A stretch of 64,000 bases of DNA from Acholeplasma sp. CAG:878. Lineage in GTDB: Bacteria > Bacillota_I > Bacilli_A > RF39 > UBA660. Positions 1 to 11,205 of this stretch are shown here, one piece after another (within the stretch, counting starts at the first letter, position 1; every line of letters begins with the position of its first letter). The notes beneath the pieces were generated by a model. It saw only the letters and a program-made list of their open reading frames with translations, did no database searches and was not told the DNA's origin. Both the position numbers and the translations under genes were made by a program. The stretch lies in NCBI GenBank assembly GCA_000432255.1, contig HF989928.1, positions 17,260-81,259 of the forward strand, in the 5' to 3' direction.

Positions 1-3000
1 CTCGTAATTATAGGTATGATTATTATTTATTATTTTTTTAATAACTGTTGAGGTTCTATTTCCTTTGTTTAAATATTCATAATTAGTTACATAATTATTA
101 ATAGTTTTATTTTTCAATCTATTTAATTCATCATAAGCATAATTTATTATTACGTTATCATGAATTATTTTCTCTAAATTATTTTCAAGGTTGTATTCAT
201 AGTTATATGTATAATTATTTTGTTTTTTAGTTTTTAATAAGTTATTTTCAGTGTATTGATAATTAATTCTAAAATCATTTTGAATATAATCAGTTAATCT
301 TTGTGATAGGTCATAAGAATAATTATATATAATATTATTACTTTCTATTTTCTTTAAATTATTAAAATTATCATAATAAATGTTATATTGATTATTTCCT
401 TTAATTATTTTACTAATTCTATTAAAGTTATCATATTCATAATTTATTTTTGAACCATTTCCATATATACTTTCATACAAGTTACCATTATTTTCTTCAT
501 AATTATGAGTAATTAAGTTGTTATTATTAATATTAATTGTTTTAACATTCAAAAATTCATCATAAGTTATAGAATATTCTTTATTTGCTTGAGTTATTTT
601 AGATATTAAATCACAAAAATATGTATAATTTATTTCCATATCTTGTTTTTGGATTTTAATTAATTGTTCTTTATTATTATAAGTATAATTAGTAACATTA
701 CCTAAACTATCAGTAATACTAGTTATTAAACCTTTATAATTGGTTTGATATTGTGTTTTATTTAATAAAGTATCAGTTGTAGAAGTTAAATATTTTCCAT
801 CATTTGTATATGTAGCGTCGTTTTCGATAAAGAAAGAATCTATTTTTTCAAAATAAATCTGTTGATTATCAAAATCTTCTATTTCACTTAAAATAAATTC
901 ATTATTATAGGTTAGGTATTTATTATTACTTTTAAGAATTATACTTTTATTATCTTGATTAATAAATTCATATTGTAAGTTAGCTAAATTTTCTAAATTA
1001 TTTGTACAATAATCATCATAAAACAATGGTTTTAAAGTTATTTTTTCACCTATTGTAACTGTGAATTTTTCATGACTACAATCGTTTTCTTCTAAAATTA
1101 ATTTTTTATTAACAGGGTTTATTTTTAAATATTTGTTTGTTCCTTTCAATCTTAAATAATATACACCATTAGTAGGTTCACTTACTATTTTATTTGATAT
1201 AACTGTTTTAATTGGATTTCCAAATTCATCGTATTTAATTTCATTAGTAATACCATTTTTAGAAATGCCTGACAATATTCTTGATTTAATGTTTTTATCA
1301 TATTCATAACTTAAATCATTTCCTTTTGGTTCAGTCATTTTAATCAGTTGATTATTATTATCATATTTAAAAGTTGTTTCATTGTTATTCTCATCAAAAT
1401 ATGATATTAAATTACCATTTGAATTATATTTATACAAATTAGTGTTTGATGATTTAACTAAGGTAAAATCTGTAATACAGATTTCATTGACATTTTCCAT
1501 ATCTATCATGCTTATATCTATTTCTTGATATGGATATTCTGCTACTATATATCTTGAATAAAATTGCCATTCTTTATCATTTTTATTAAGTGGTATTCCA
1601 AATATTAAACCACTTGGAGTATTTGCATCAGTTGGTATTAGTTGGGTATATATTTGTGTAGATTTATAATCTATACCATAATTTAATCCAGAATTTTTAT
1701 ACCAAAACGATAGAAAATATGTATCACCTATTTCTCCGTTAGTTATTATTTTTTTAGAAAAACTAGGAGCAGAAGTTAATCCCATATTCCTTTTAAAATA
1801 TCTTTTTCCGTTAGAAGTTACAATTTCATCATTATCACATAAAGTAACATTAATGTTATAATCTACTTCCTCAGTTCCATATGTAAATCCTGATAAACCA
1901 TATCTAAAATTAGCATTATCAATTAAGTTATATGAATTAGCTACTTTTCCTTTTTCTAATTGAATATCATCAATATATAAACAAGCATTACTTTCAATTT
2001 CAATAGCGACTATACCCGCTTCACAATAATTAGTTATTTCACTTCTTATAAATTCACTACTATTATTAATAGTTATTTGTTTATTATTTAATTTAACTAT
2101 GAATGGACTATTAGAAATAGAATATAAACTAAATGTATAATAATTACTTTCATTAACATTTTGATTTAATATAGCATTTCCTTCTATTTTTAAACTTCTT
2201 AAACCAGTTCTTTTGTATTCATTTGTAAAAGATATATTTCCACTAAACAATAAATTGTCTTTTTCAAAACTTGAATTATATATATAATTATCAATAAATT
2301 TCATCATATCTTCTTCAAATATTAATTTATTCTTAGTTTGATTTGAATTTCCATAATAACAATTTTTACCATATGATTCATTATTATCTACAATTGTTTT
2401 TGTTTCTGTATTTCCGACACTATTAAATGTATTAGTTTGGATTGTTCCTTTTTCATCTGTTATTATTGTTGCCTCAAAATCGTAATCAAAAGTTAGAGTT
2501 TTACCTAATGTGTTTTCTCTACCTTTTTCTTTTATTTTTTTTATTCGATAAGGATTAACATTATAATATTCAAGTTCTATTTTTTTCCCACTTAAAGTAG
2601 TAATCGTATTAATTAAATTATTAGTATAATTAATATTTATTTCACCAATATTATCAATTATTTTTGTTAAATTATTATTGTTAAGAATGATATTGGTAGT
2701 TTTAGAAGGACTTGTAATAGTTATGTTTTCTTCATAATCTATATTTATTTCTTCGTTGTCACTATCTTTAATTTTAATTATTTTATTATCTTGATAAATA
2801 ATATTAATTTCATTATTTTCAAAGGCAACTATCTTTGTTAAACGATATTCATCACTATTTTTTTCAAAATACATTTGATTACTATCTTTATCTTTTATTA
2901 TACAATTATCATTGTTAACAATTAATTTAAGTGATAGACCATCTTCATCGAAATAGCCTTTTGAAATACTTTCTTCTATTTTTTCGTTAAAATAATGAAT

Positions 3001-4455
3001 TGTTCCATCTTCATCAGTATATTCATAAACAATTTCATCTTCAATAGTTAATTTTTTAATAGTTTGATTAAAATTTAATCTATTACCAATACCAAAGCCA
3101 TAATCTTTATTCAAAATAACATCGTTAGTATTATAATAAAGATTAAGACTAGCTGGAAGTTTACTGTTTAAAGTATTGCCTAAACTAAATGTAGTTGTTA
3201 TGTTTCCGTTATAGTTATTAGCATAAAGTGCTCCATTTTCTAATTCTATTCGTTGATATGTCATATAACTTTCCAATCCATTTTGATTACGGTAAGTTAT
3301 TGCTATAACTGGTTTTAGTTCACTACTAATTGCATTATCATTTGAAAAATATGAAATATTAAAGTTATTACCATAAACTTTTAACATAACACCATAGTTT
3401 TCTAATCCAGAATACCATTTTTTAACTAGATTAGTAATATTTAAATCTGTTGTTATCAATTCATCACTAGGGTAATACAGTTTATAATAAGTACAATAAT
3501 CTTCTATTTTTTCATCATATTTATCATTCATATTATTCCAAGTAGCTGTGTTTGGGTTCCATGGTGTGTTTATTCTATGCATACTTATCTTTGCTTTATC
3601 TTCACATTCATAATCTTCAACTACTAGTGATAATTTAGCATCAATTACATTACTACCTGTTCCTATTACGGGCAAATTAAACTTTATAAGTGTTCTTTCT
3701 TCGTTTTGGTTTTTTGATACTTTTAAATTTTCGCTTGTATTAAAACATTCTGATGGACTATTACTTTTTATATAAGTATCTAATAAGTTTGTTTCATCTA
3801 CTACTATAGTAGGGTCAATTATAACTGGAAATGTTGCTTTTTCTAACCAATTTATATCTAAATTTAATATTATTTTATAACCATTTTTTATTTTAATAAA
3901 ATTATAATAAATATTATTGTTATAGTTATTATTATTATCTATCATAAATGGTTTTTCAATTTTAAAAACTTTTTCCTTATTAAACAATATTAATTCTTCA
4001 TTTTCTTTTTTTAGTTTTAAATCCGTTTTTAAATTAAATACTATTTGTTTTTTTATTCCATTTTTATTTTTTATTATAATTTGTTCTTTTACTTTATTTG
4101 ATAAAACTATATATTCTAAATCTATATTATTAAATATTTCCTTATATTTGATTTTATTTTTATTTTTTTCTCCTTTTACTTTGTTTCCGTTTTCTAATTG
4201 CATTTCAAAATTATTTTTTTGACAGTTTATAGAAAATAATTTTTGATTAATTTCTTTTGAAAATTTAACTTTTAAGTCGTTTTTTTTATTTTGGATTATA
4301 TTTCCATTTTCAATTAATGTATTATCGATTTCTTCATATGAACCATTAGAAAAATAATGTACTCTTTCTTGATATATATCACATTCAAATGTTCCATCTT
4401 TATTTATGAAATGTTTTTCGTAAGGTTTTCGCTTACTTTTTATTTCCTTTCGCAT
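1..4455 (-). CDS. RHS/YD-repeat polymorphic-toxin family protein, N-terminal 1485 codons (ORF open at left window edge; C-terminal toxin tip outside window)
   Basis: Absent from the ORF track because it has no stop in the window. Own translation: RBS GAAGGAG then ATG at 4455 gives MRKEIKSKRKPYEKHFINKDGTFECDIYQERVHYF... In-frame YD units read directly: 1320->1261 NDLSYEYDKNIKSRILSGIS; 180->121 NLEKIIHDNVIINYAYDELN; 120->1 RLKNKTINNYVTNYEYLNKGNRTST. 4455 nt is exactly 1485 codons. No competing >=60 aa ORF in any frame over 1-4543. Confidence 0.85.
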   Translation of the reverse strand, partial: MRKEIKSKRKPYEKHFINKDGTFECDIYQERVHYFSNGSYEEIDNTLIENGNIIQNKKNDLKVKFSKEINQKLFSINCQKNNFEMQLENGNKVKGEKNKNKIKYKEIFNNIDLEYIVLSNKVKEQIIIKNKNGIKKQIVFNLKTDLKLKKENEELILFNKEKVFKIEKPFMIDNNNNYNNNIYYNFIKIKNGYKIILNLDINWLEKATFPVIIDPTIVVDETNLLDTYIKSNSPSECFNTSENLKVSKNQNEERTLIKFNLPVIGTGSNVIDAKLSLVVEDYECEDKAKISMHRINTPWNPNTATWNNMNDKYDEKIEDYCTYYKLYYPSDELITTDLNITNLVKKWYSGLENYGVMLKVYGNNFNISYFSNDNAISSELKPVIAITYRNQNGLESYMTYQRIELENGALYANNYNGNITTTFSLGNTLNSKLPASLNLYYNTNDVILNKDYGFGIGNRLNFNQTIKKLTIEDEIVYEYTDEDGTIHYFNEKIEESISKGYFDEDGLSLKLIVNNDNCIIKDKDSNQMYFEKNSDEYRLTKIVAFENNEINIIYQDNKIIKIKDSDNEEINIDYEENITITSPSKTTNIILNNNNLTKIIDNIGEININYTNNLINTITTLSGKKIELEYYNVNPYRIKKIKEKGRENTLGKTLTFDYDFEATIITDEKGTIQTNTFNSVGNTETKTIVDNNESYGKNCYYGNSNQTKNKLIFEEDMMKFIDNYIYNSSFEKDNLLFSGNISFTNEYKRTGLRSLKIEGNAILNQNVNESNYYTFSLYSISNSPFIVKLNNKQITINNSSEFIRSEITNYCEAGIVAIEIESNACLYIDDIQLEKGKVANSYNLIDNANFRYGLSGFTYGTEEVDYNINVTLCDNDEIVTSNGKRYFKRNMGLTSAPSFSKKIITNGEIGDTYFLSFWYKNSGLNYGIDYKSTQIYTQLIPTDANTPSGLIFGIPLNKNDKEWQFYSRYIVAEYPYQEIDISMIDMENVNEICITDFTLVKSSNTNLYKYNSNGNLISYFDENNNETTFKYDNNNQLIKMTEPKGNDLSYEYDKNIKSRILSGISKNGITNEIKYDEFGNPIKTVISNKIVSEPTNGVYYLRLKGTNKYLKINPVNKKLILEENDCSHEKFTVTIGEKITLKPLFYDDYCTNNLENLANLQYEFINQDNKSIILKSNNKYLTYNNEFILSEIEDFDNQQIYFEKIDSFFIENDATYTNDGKYLTSTTDTLLNKTQYQTNYKGLITSITDSLGNVTNYTYNNKEQLIKIQKQDMEINYTYFCDLISKITQANKEYSITYDEFLNVKTININNNNLITHNYEENNGNLYESIYGNGSKINYEYDNFNRISKIIKGNNQYNIYYDNFNNLKKIESNNIIYNYSYDLSQRLTDYIQNDFRINYQYTENNLLKTKKQNNYTYNYEYNLENNLEKIIHDNVIINYAYDELNRLKNKTINNYVTNYEYLNKGNRTSTVIKKIINNNHTYNYE

Positions 4456-4526
4456 GTAATCATCTCCTTCTTTTGCGAATTCTTGTTATTTTATGAATAA
4501 AAGTTCTAGACCTTCGCTAGATTTGT

Positions 4527-4552
4527 ACAAAAAAAAACGATTTTCATCGTTT
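4527..4552 (-). terminator. Rho-independent terminator after rluA-family gene
   Basis: Minus strand AAACGAT-gaaa-ATCGTTT followed by T8. Hairpin overlaps the TGA stop at 4544-4546. Confidence 0.6.
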
Positions 4553-5194
4553 AAAAATATTCCATGGTTCGAAATTAGGTAATTCTTCTTCAAAAAATAA
4601 TTTTTCTTTTGTAACAGGATGGATAAATTCTAATCTATTGGCAAATAAAGCAATTTGTTGTTTTGGTAGTGCTTTTTTATTATATCTTTGATCACCATAC
4701 AAAGGATAGCCTCTACTTGAAAATTGTACTCTTATTTGATGTGACCTTCCTGTTTCTAAATTAATTTTAACTAATGAATAATTATTTTTATACTCAATTA
4801 ATTCATAACTTAAAATTGCTTCTTTTCCTTTTTCACTTACAACTGTTGTATTAGTTTTTGGATTTTTTAATAATTTGTCTACTAATATATCTTTTTTAGG
4901 TGTTTTTCCACACAAAACTGCCATATATTCTTTTTTAAATGTATGATTTCTTATTTGTTCACTTAATCTTGATGCGGCTTTACTTGTTTTGGCAAATACC
5001 ATAATACCGCTAACTGGTCTATCTAATCTGTGAACTAACCCCAAATAAACATTGCCTGGTTTATTATACTTTTCTTTTAAATATTTTTTTAAATATGTTA
5101 GCATATCTAAATCTTTGCTATCATCTTCTTGAACTGGTATATTAATTGGTTTTAGTACAACTAACAGATGGTTATCTTCATATATTATTTTCAT
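4544..5194 (-). CDS. RluA-family pseudouridine synthase (no S4 domain)
   Basis: HRLDRPVSGIMVFAKT catalytic-Asp motif. Likely start is MKIIYEDNHLLVV at 5194, in an ATGA overlap with the upstream stop (5191-5193). Confidence 0.85.
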   Translation of the reverse strand: MKIIYEDNHLLVVLKPINIPVQEDDSKDLDMLTYLKKYLKEKYNKPGNVYLGLVHRLDRPVSGIMVFAKTSKAASRLSEQIRNHTFKKEYMAVLCGKTPKKDILVDKLLKNPKTNTTVVSEKGKEAILSYELIEYKNNYSLVKINLETGRSHQIRVQFSSRGYPLYGDQRYNKKALPKQQIALFANRLEFIHPVTKEKLFFEEELPNFEPWNIFKR

Positions 5195-6054
5195 TCTTCC
5201 CACAAACCATATATTCCACATGGTAAGACTAAATTATTGTCAGTTATTGGAAGTCCAATTTCACCTGCTGAAACATTTCCTTTATATTTATTGTATAATG
5301 ATGTTTTTAAAATATTATATAAAACTGTACTAGAAATACCCGTTGTATAAGAATTGATTAAGAAAAACAATGGTTTATCACTTAGTATATCTAAACATTT
5401 AGAAATTAAAATGTCTAAATTTTTTTCAAATTTCCACATTTCGCCGTTTGGTCCTCTTCCATAACTTGGTGGATCCATTATAATCACATCATATTTATTT
5501 CCTCTTCTTGCTTCTCTTTCAACAAATTTTAAACAATCATCAACTATAAATCTTATTTTATTGTTTTCTAATTTACATAGTTTCATATTTTCTTTTGCCC
5601 ATTCTGTCATACCTTTTGATGCATCTACTTGAACTACTAATTCGGCACCTGCCTTTGATGCAGCCATAGTAGCAGCTCCAGTATAAGCAAATAGATTTAA
5701 TACTTTAATTGGTCTATTAGCATTTTTAATTTTATTCATTGAATAATCCCAATTAACTGCTTGTTCAGGAAATAATCCTGTGTGTTTAAAATTGGTTGGA
5801 CTAACTTTAAATGTTAAATCTTTATAATTTACTGTCCAAAATTCTTTTGTTTTTTTATTGTGTTCCCAAAAACCACCACCTTTATTTGAGCGATGATAGA
5901 AAGAATCCGGGTTTTTCCACAAATTTGTGTACTCGACATTCCACATTGCCTGAGGATCTGGTCTTCTTAAAATAACATCTTTCCATCTTTCTAATTTTTC
6001 GCCATTGCCTGCTGATATACATTCATAATCTTTCCATTCACTACTTAATCTCAT
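5191..6054 (-). CDS. Class I SAM-dependent methyltransferase (RlmI/RlmK-like, COG1092-type)
   Basis: LNLFAYTGAATMAAS SAM-binding loop and MDPPSYGRGPNGEMW motif. ATG at 6054 is preceded by AGGTG; the track start at 6060 is GTG. Confidence 0.75.
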   Translation of the reverse strand: MRLSSEWKDYECISAGNGEKLERWKDVILRRPDPQAMWNVEYTNLWKNPDSFYHRSNKGGGFWEHNKKTKEFWTVNYKDLTFKVSPTNFKHTGLFPEQAVNWDYSMNKIKNANRPIKVLNLFAYTGAATMAASKAGAELVVQVDASKGMTEWAKENMKLCKLENNKIRFIVDDCLKFVEREARRGNKYDVIIMDPPSYGRGPNGEMWKFEKNLDILISKCLDILSDKPLFFLINSYTTGISSTVLYNILKTSLYNKYKGNVSAGEIGLPITDNNLVLPCGIYGLWEE

Positions 6055-6958
6055 AATCACACCTACCTATTACCTCTTTAATTAGAGCAATTGAATTTTG
6101 TAATTTATTTTTTTCTTCTTCATTTAATTCAACAAATATTTTTCTATCCGCACCATTTTTATTTATAACTGTAGGTAATCCAATATATACATTATTTTCA
6201 CGATTATAGGTTGATACTGTTATAATACTATTTTCATTATTTAAGATAGCATTTGTTATTCTTACTAAACACATTCCTATTCCATAATAAGTTGCTCCTT
6301 TTCTATTAATAATTTCATAAGCTGCATCTCTTACATTTATTTCAATATTATTCATTTCATTTTTAGTAATAAATTTATTTATATTTTCTGTTCCTACTAG
6401 GGCTTTACTCCATAAAACAAATTCTGAATCTCCATGTTCACCGATTACATATGCGTGCATATTTTTAGGATTCATATTTAATTTTTCTCCTAACATATAC
6501 CTTAATCTTGATGTATCTAAACTAGTTCCTGTTCCTATTACTTGATTAGATGGTAGTTTAGAATATTTATATGTTAAATATGTCATTACATCAAGTGGAT
6601 TAGTTGCTACTAAAAATATTCCATCAAATCCTTCATTCATTACCTTACTAATTATTTCTTTAAATATTTTAGCATTTTTATAAATCAAATCATTTCTAGT
6701 TTCACCTATATCTTGATTTGCTCCGGCTGCAATTACTACTATTTTAGCATTCTTACAATCACTATAGTCTCCTGCTTTAATATCGATTTTAGATGGCGCG
6801 AAAGCAAGGCAATGGTTTAAATCCATTACCTCTCCTTCTATTCTTTTTTTATTTAAATCTATTAATACTAATTCATTTACGGCTGTACTTTGGTTTAATA
6901 AGGCATAAGCATAACTCATACCAACATTGCCACATCCTATTATAACAACTTTATTCAT
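6041..6958 (-). CDS. ldh: L-lactate dehydrogenase
   Basis: MNKVVIIGCGNVG Rossmann N-terminus, GEHGDSE, ATNPLDVMT. Confidence 0.93.
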   Translation of the reverse strand: MNKVVIIGCGNVGMSYAYALLNQSTAVNELVLIDLNKKRIEGEVMDLNHCLAFAPSKIDIKAGDYSDCKNAKIVVIAAGANQDIGETRNDLIYKNAKIFKEIISKVMNEGFDGIFLVATNPLDVMTYLTYKYSKLPSNQVIGTGTSLDTSRLRYMLGEKLNMNPKNMHAYVIGEHGDSEFVLWSKALVGTENINKFITKNEMNNIEINVRDAAYEIINRKGATYYGIGMCLVRITNAILNNENSIITVSTYNRENNVYIGLPTVINKNGADRKIFVELNEEEKNKLQNSIALIKEVIGRCDYEIK

Positions 6959-6995
6959 TTTATCGCCTCACATAAATTATACCATATTAAAATAA

Positions 6996-7015
6996 GAAAT
7001 GGAATTTACCATTTC
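6996..7015 (-). terminator. Possible terminator hairpin at the end of xfp
   Basis: GAAATGG-N6-CCATTTC overlapping the xfp stop, followed by a T-rich tract on the minus strand. Confidence 0.4.
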
Positions 7016-9345
7016 CAATTTCTTATTTCTTCTAAATCTTGTCCATATTCTCTTATATATTGTTTATGACTAACTAGTTTATCTTTACATACTTGATATA
7101 GTGTTGAGCCATTATCTTCTAAATTGTCAATATATTTTAATGCATCCATTGCAAGATGGAATCTATCAATTTCATTTTGAACTCGCATATCAAAAGGTGT
7201 TGTAATAGTTCCTTCTTCTTTATAACCATGAACGTGTAGATTTTTATTGTGTCTTTTATACGTTAATTGATGAATTAAGTTAGGATAACCGTGGAACGCA
7301 AATATAATTGGTGTATCAGTAGTAAAGATTTTATCATATTCTTCATCACTTAATCCATGTGGGTGTTCGAGATTTGATTGTAATCTCATTAAATCTACTA
7401 CATTTACAACTCTAATTTTTAATTTAGGATAATATTCTTTTAATAACTTAGTAGCAGCTAATACTTCTAATGTTGGAGTATCTCCACAACAAGCCATTAC
7501 TATATCTGGTTTACTATTTAAGTCACTGCTTGCCCAATTCCAAATTCCAATTCCCTGAGTACAGTGATTAATTGCTTCATCCATAGTTAACCATTGTGGT
7601 CGTGGATGTTTAGAAGCAACTATTACATTTATATAATTTTTTGTTTGAATGCAATGATTAAAACAAGATATTAATGAGTTTGTATCAAATGGAAGATAAA
7701 TTCTTGTAATTTCTGCTTTTTTAGTTACTAAATGGTTTAAAAAACCTGGGTCTTGATGCGTATATCCATTATGATCTTGTTGCCAAATATGTGAAGTTAA
7801 TAAATAATTTAAGGAAGCAATTGGTCTTCTCCATGGCAATTCTTTAGTCACCTTTAACCACTTGGCATGTTGAGAAGCCATTGAATCTACTATTCTTATA
7901 AACGCTTCATAACTATGTATAAAACCATGTCTTCCAGTTAATAAGTATCCTTCTAGTGCACCCTCACAAACATGCTCTGATAACATTGAATCAAATACCC
8001 TTCCATCATTACTTAAAAATTCATCTTCGTTGGTTATTGGTAAATTCCATTTACGACTAGTTTCTTCAAATACAAAATTTAATCTATTTGATAGAGCTTC
8101 ATCAGGTCCAAATATGCGAAAATTTTTATTATCTTCGTTTAATTTAACGATATCTCTTACAAACTTTCCTAATTCCATTGTATCTTGAGCTAAAACATGT
8201 CCTCTTTCTTTAATATCTAACGCATAATTTCTAAAATCGGGCATTCTTAATTCTTTTAAAATCGAACCACCATTTGTAACTGGTTGAGAGCCCATTCTTC
8301 TATTTCCTTCTGGGCTTAAACTTTGAATAGTAGAAAATAATTTCCCATTTTCATCAAATAATTCTTCTGGTTTATAACTCTTTAACCATTTTTCTAATAA
8401 AGAAACATTTTCTAATTTTTCTTTATTTACAACGATTGGTACTTGATGTGCTCTAAAACTACCTTCTATTTTTTTTCTTTCAACTTCTTTTGGGCCAGTC
8501 CAACCCTTTGGTGTTTTTAAAACAATCATTGGATATAATTCTCTTACATTTTCAGGGTTATTCTTTATTTTTTTTATTTTTTCTACTATTTTATCTAATG
8601 TTTCAGCCATCAATTCGTGCATTTTAAGTGGTTCATCACCTTCAACATAATATGGTAACCATCCACATCCTTTAAAGAAACAATCTAACTCTTGTTTAGA
8701 TATTCTAGATAATATTGTTGGATTAGCGATTTTAAATCCATTTAAATGCAATATTGGAAGTACAATTCCATCTGTTTTAGGATTTAAAAATTTATTAATA
8801 TGCCATGAAGTGGCTAATGGTCCTGTTTCAGCTTCGCCATCTCCTACAACGCATGCAGCAATTAAATTAGGGTTATCTAAAACTGCTCCAAAAGCATGTG
8901 ATAAGCTATAACCTAATTCACCACCTTCATTTATTGAGCCTGGCGTTTCAGGAGCAACATGGGATGAAATTCCACCTGGAAAACTAAATTGTTTAAATAA
9001 TTTTTTCATTCCTTCTTCATCTCTTGTTATGTTAGGATATACCTCACTATAACTACCTTCTAGATAGGTGTTAGAAACGATTGCATTCCCTCCGTGACCT
9101 GGTCCTGATATATAAATCATATCTAAATCATATTTTTTTATTATTCGGTTTAAATGAACATAAATAAAATTTTGTCCTGGTACAGTTCCCCAATGACCTA
9201 CTACATTAGGTTTGATGTCATTTATATCAAGTGGACGCTTCAATAGTGGATTGTCTAATAAATATAATTGTCCTGCTGAAAGATAATTAGCAGCTCTAAA
9301 ATATTTATCAATTAAATTTAATTCTTCATTGCTTAATGTACTCAT
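7006..9345 (-). CDS. xfp: Xylulose-5-P/fructose-6-P phosphoketolase
   Basis: 779 aa. [31 protein letters not shown] and [11 protein letters not shown]-binding motifs. Confidence 0.95.
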   Translation of the reverse strand: MSTLSNEELNLIDKYFRAANYLSAGQLYLLDNPLLKRPLDINDIKPNVVGHWGTVPGQNFIYVHLNRIIKKYDLDMIYISGPGHGGNAIVSNTYLEGSYSEVYPNITRDEEGMKKLFKQFSFPGGISSHVAPETPGSINEGGELGYSLSHAFGAVLDNPNLIAACVVGDGEAETGPLATSWHINKFLNPKTDGIVLPILHLNGFKIANPTILSRISKQELDCFFKGCGWLPYYVEGDEPLKMHELMAETLDKIVEKIKKIKNNPENVRELYPMIVLKTPKGWTGPKEVERKKIEGSFRAHQVPIVVNKEKLENVSLLEKWLKSYKPEELFDENGKLFSTIQSLSPEGNRRMGSQPVTNGGSILKELRMPDFRNYALDIKERGHVLAQDTMELGKFVRDIVKLNEDNKNFRIFGPDEALSNRLNFVFEETSRKWNLPITNEDEFLSNDGRVFDSMLSEHVCEGALEGYLLTGRHGFIHSYEAFIRIVDSMASQHAKWLKVTKELPWRRPIASLNYLLTSHIWQQDHNGYTHQDPGFLNHLVTKKAEITRIYLPFDTNSLISCFNHCIQTKNYINVIVASKHPRPQWLTMDEAINHCTQGIGIWNWASSDLNSKPDIVMACCGDTPTLEVLAATKLLKEYYPKLKIRVVNVVDLMRLQSNLEHPHGLSDEEYDKIFTTDTPIIFAFHGYPNLIHQLTYKRHNKNLHVHGYKEEGTITTPFDMRVQNEIDRFHLAMDALKYIDNLEDNGSTLYQVCKDKLVSHKQYIREYGQDLEEIRNWKW

Positions 9346-9462
9346 AATTCACCTTCTTATTCTAATAATATTATATCGTATTTTAAATTTATTTTAAATA
9401 CAAAATAAATTACAATTTTTTTATTTAAATATTTTTACATTTATTTACAAGAATTTTTAAAT

Positions 9463-9492
9463 AAAAAACCTTGCAAATAAATTACAAGGTTT
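9463..9492 (-). terminator. Rho-independent terminator after rpsI
   Basis: Minus strand AACCTTG-N11-CAAGGTT followed by TTTTTTATTT. Confidence 0.7.
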
Positions 9493-9508
9493 ATATATGC
9501 AATATTTA

Positions 9509-9919
9509 TTATCTCTTTGAGAATTGTGGCGCACGACGAGCAGCTTTAAGTCCTGGTTTTTTACGTTCTTTAGCTCTTGGGTCTCTTGTAACAAATCCAG
9601 CTTTCTTTAATATTTTACGATAACTGTCTTCATTTTCTTCATTTGCTTTATCATATTCTAATAAAGCTCTTGTGATACCTAATCTAATAGCTCCTGTTTG
9701 ACCAGTAAATCCACCACCATTAACTTTTACTTCGATATCGAATGATTCTTCGTTATTAGTAGCAACTAATGGTTGCATTAAATCCATTACATTTGTTTCG
9801 TATGGGAAGAAATCTCTAACATCTCTTCCATTAACTGTTATTTTTCCTTTACCTGGGGTTAACTTAACTTGGGCAACAGAACTTTTTCTTCTACCAGTTC
9901 CTAGAAATACTTTTTCCAT
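9509..9919 (-). CDS. rpsI: 30S ribosomal protein S9
   Basis: [10 protein letters not shown]...[19 protein letters not shown]...PQFSKR. Confidence 0.97.
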   Translation of the reverse strand: MEKVFLGTGRRKSSVAQVKLTPGKGKITVNGRDVRDFFPYETNVMDLMQPLVATNNEESFDIEVKVNGGGFTGQTGAIRLGITRALLEYDKANEENEDSYRKILKKAGFVTRDPRAKERKKPGLKAARRAPQFSKR

Positions 9920-9928
9920 AATTACCTC

Positions 9929-10354
9929 CTACATTTCCTTTGGTTGTTGTGCTTGATGTGGATGAGACTCATCTGCATAAACAAATAATTTTTTATACAT
10001 TTGACGTCCTAATCTTCCTTTTGGAAGCATTCCTTTAACAGCTCTTTCAACCATTTCTACAGGATAACTTTCTTTCATAACTCTAGCAGTTCTTTCTCTT
10101 AAACCACCAGTATATCCGCTATGATTGTAATAGATTTTTTGATCTAACTTATTACCAGTTAAATTGATTTTAGAAGCATTAACAACTATTACATAGTCAC
10201 CACAATCGATATGAGGTGTATATGTAGGTTTATGTTTACCTCTTAAAACATTAGCAACTTTTGTAGCTAGTCGACCTAAGTTTTGACCTTCAGCGTCAAT
10301 TACATACCAAGTTCTCTCTAAGTCTTCTTTTCTTTGCATATAAGTATTTTTCAT
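9929..10354 (-). CDS. rplM: 50S ribosomal protein L13
   Basis: [33 protein letters not shown] at 10354 is preceded by AAAGGA; the longer track ORF starts further upstream. Confidence 0.95.
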   Translation of the reverse strand: MKNTYMQRKEDLERTWYVIDAEGQNLGRLATKVANVLRGKHKPTYTPHIDCGDYVIVVNASKINLTGNKLDQKIYYNHSGYTGGLRERTARVMKESYPVEMVERAVKGMLPKGRLGRQMYKKLFVYADESHPHQAQQPKEM

Positions 10355-10426
10355 AATATTTTCCTTTCTTACCAAGAATGAATTTTCCCACGATTCATTC
10401 TAAGCGGGAATAAATTTAATGTACCA
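10355..10426 (-). promoter_or_regulatory. rplM 5' leader with a 9-bp stem hairpin (candidate L13 autoregulatory leader)
   Basis: AGAATGAAT-N9-ATTCATTCT (10375-10401) lies between the predicted promoter and the RBS. L13 leaders are known in Firmicutes (Rfam L13_leader). No covariance model was run. Confidence 0.35.
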
Positions 10427-10432
10427 TTATCA

Positions 10433-10461
10433 ATTTTACTAAAAAAGCACATATTTGTCAA
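10433..10461 (-). promoter_or_regulatory. Sigma-A type promoter for rplM-rpsI
   Basis: Minus strand TTGACA-17 nt-TAAAAT. The -35 sits in the loop of the prmC terminator. Confidence 0.6.
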
Positions 10462-10476
10462 CTAAAATATATGCTT
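10439..10476 (-). terminator. Rho-independent terminator after prmC
   Basis: 12-bp stem AAGCATATATTT / AAATATGTGCTT (one G-U pair) followed by T6 on the minus strand. Confidence 0.7.
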
Positions 10477-10503
10477 TTACTTTACTTTTAGTACTAATAT
10501 CAA

Positions 10504-11205
10504 CTAACTATTTAATTGAATAAATAAATACCTATCTTTATCACTTAAATCTTTTTCAATTGTAACAGTACAATCTAAATAATTCAAAGCCAATTCTTTT
10601 ATTTTTTCTCCTTGTTTATAACCTATTTCAAATGCTATTAAAGCTTTTTTATTTAAATATTTATGACAATCTTTTAATATATCTTCATAACATTTTAAAC
10701 CTTCGTTTAAAGCAAATAACGCAATATGTGGTTCATTATTATAAACTACATCCATAATATCTTCACCATATGCAATATATGGTGGGTTACTAATAATGCA
10801 ATCATATTTATTTTTTAATGGTTTTAATAAATCGCCTAAATAGAAATTTATGGAAACATCATTGTTTATTGCGTTTTTTTCGGCTACCTCTAGTGCTTTT
10901 GAACTAATATCTACTGCATCTACTTCGCAGTTTAATTTTTTTGCTAGGGTAATTGCAATGCATCCACTTCCTGTTCCTAAATCAACTATTTTTAAATTTT
11001 TCCTATTTTTTAATCTTTCAATTGTCTTTTCCACTAATCCTTCGGTTTCAAATCTTGGAATTAAAACATTTTCATTGACTTCAATTACATTACCATAGAA
11101 ATCAACATTTCCAATAATATATTGAACAGGAATCCCTTGATTTAGTTTTTTTATGCCTTCTTCTAATTCTTCTTCTTTTAAATATTTCTTTAAATATTCA
11201 ATCAT
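10504..11205 (-). CDS. prmC: Release-factor glutamine N5-methyltransferase (short form)
   Basis: VDLGTGSGCIA and ISNPPYI motifs. Immediately downstream of prfA. Confidence 0.9.
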   Translation of the reverse strand: MIEYLKKYLKEEELEEGIKKLNQGIPVQYIIGNVDFYGNVIEVNENVLIPRFETEGLVEKTIERLKNRKNLKIVDLGTGSGCIAITLAKKLNCEVDAVDISSKALEVAEKNAINNDVSINFYLGDLLKPLKNKYDCIISNPPYIAYGEDIMDVVYNNEPHIALFALNEGLKCYEDILKDCHKYLNKKALIAFEIGYKQGEKIKELALNYLDCTVTIEKDLSDKDRYLFIQLNS

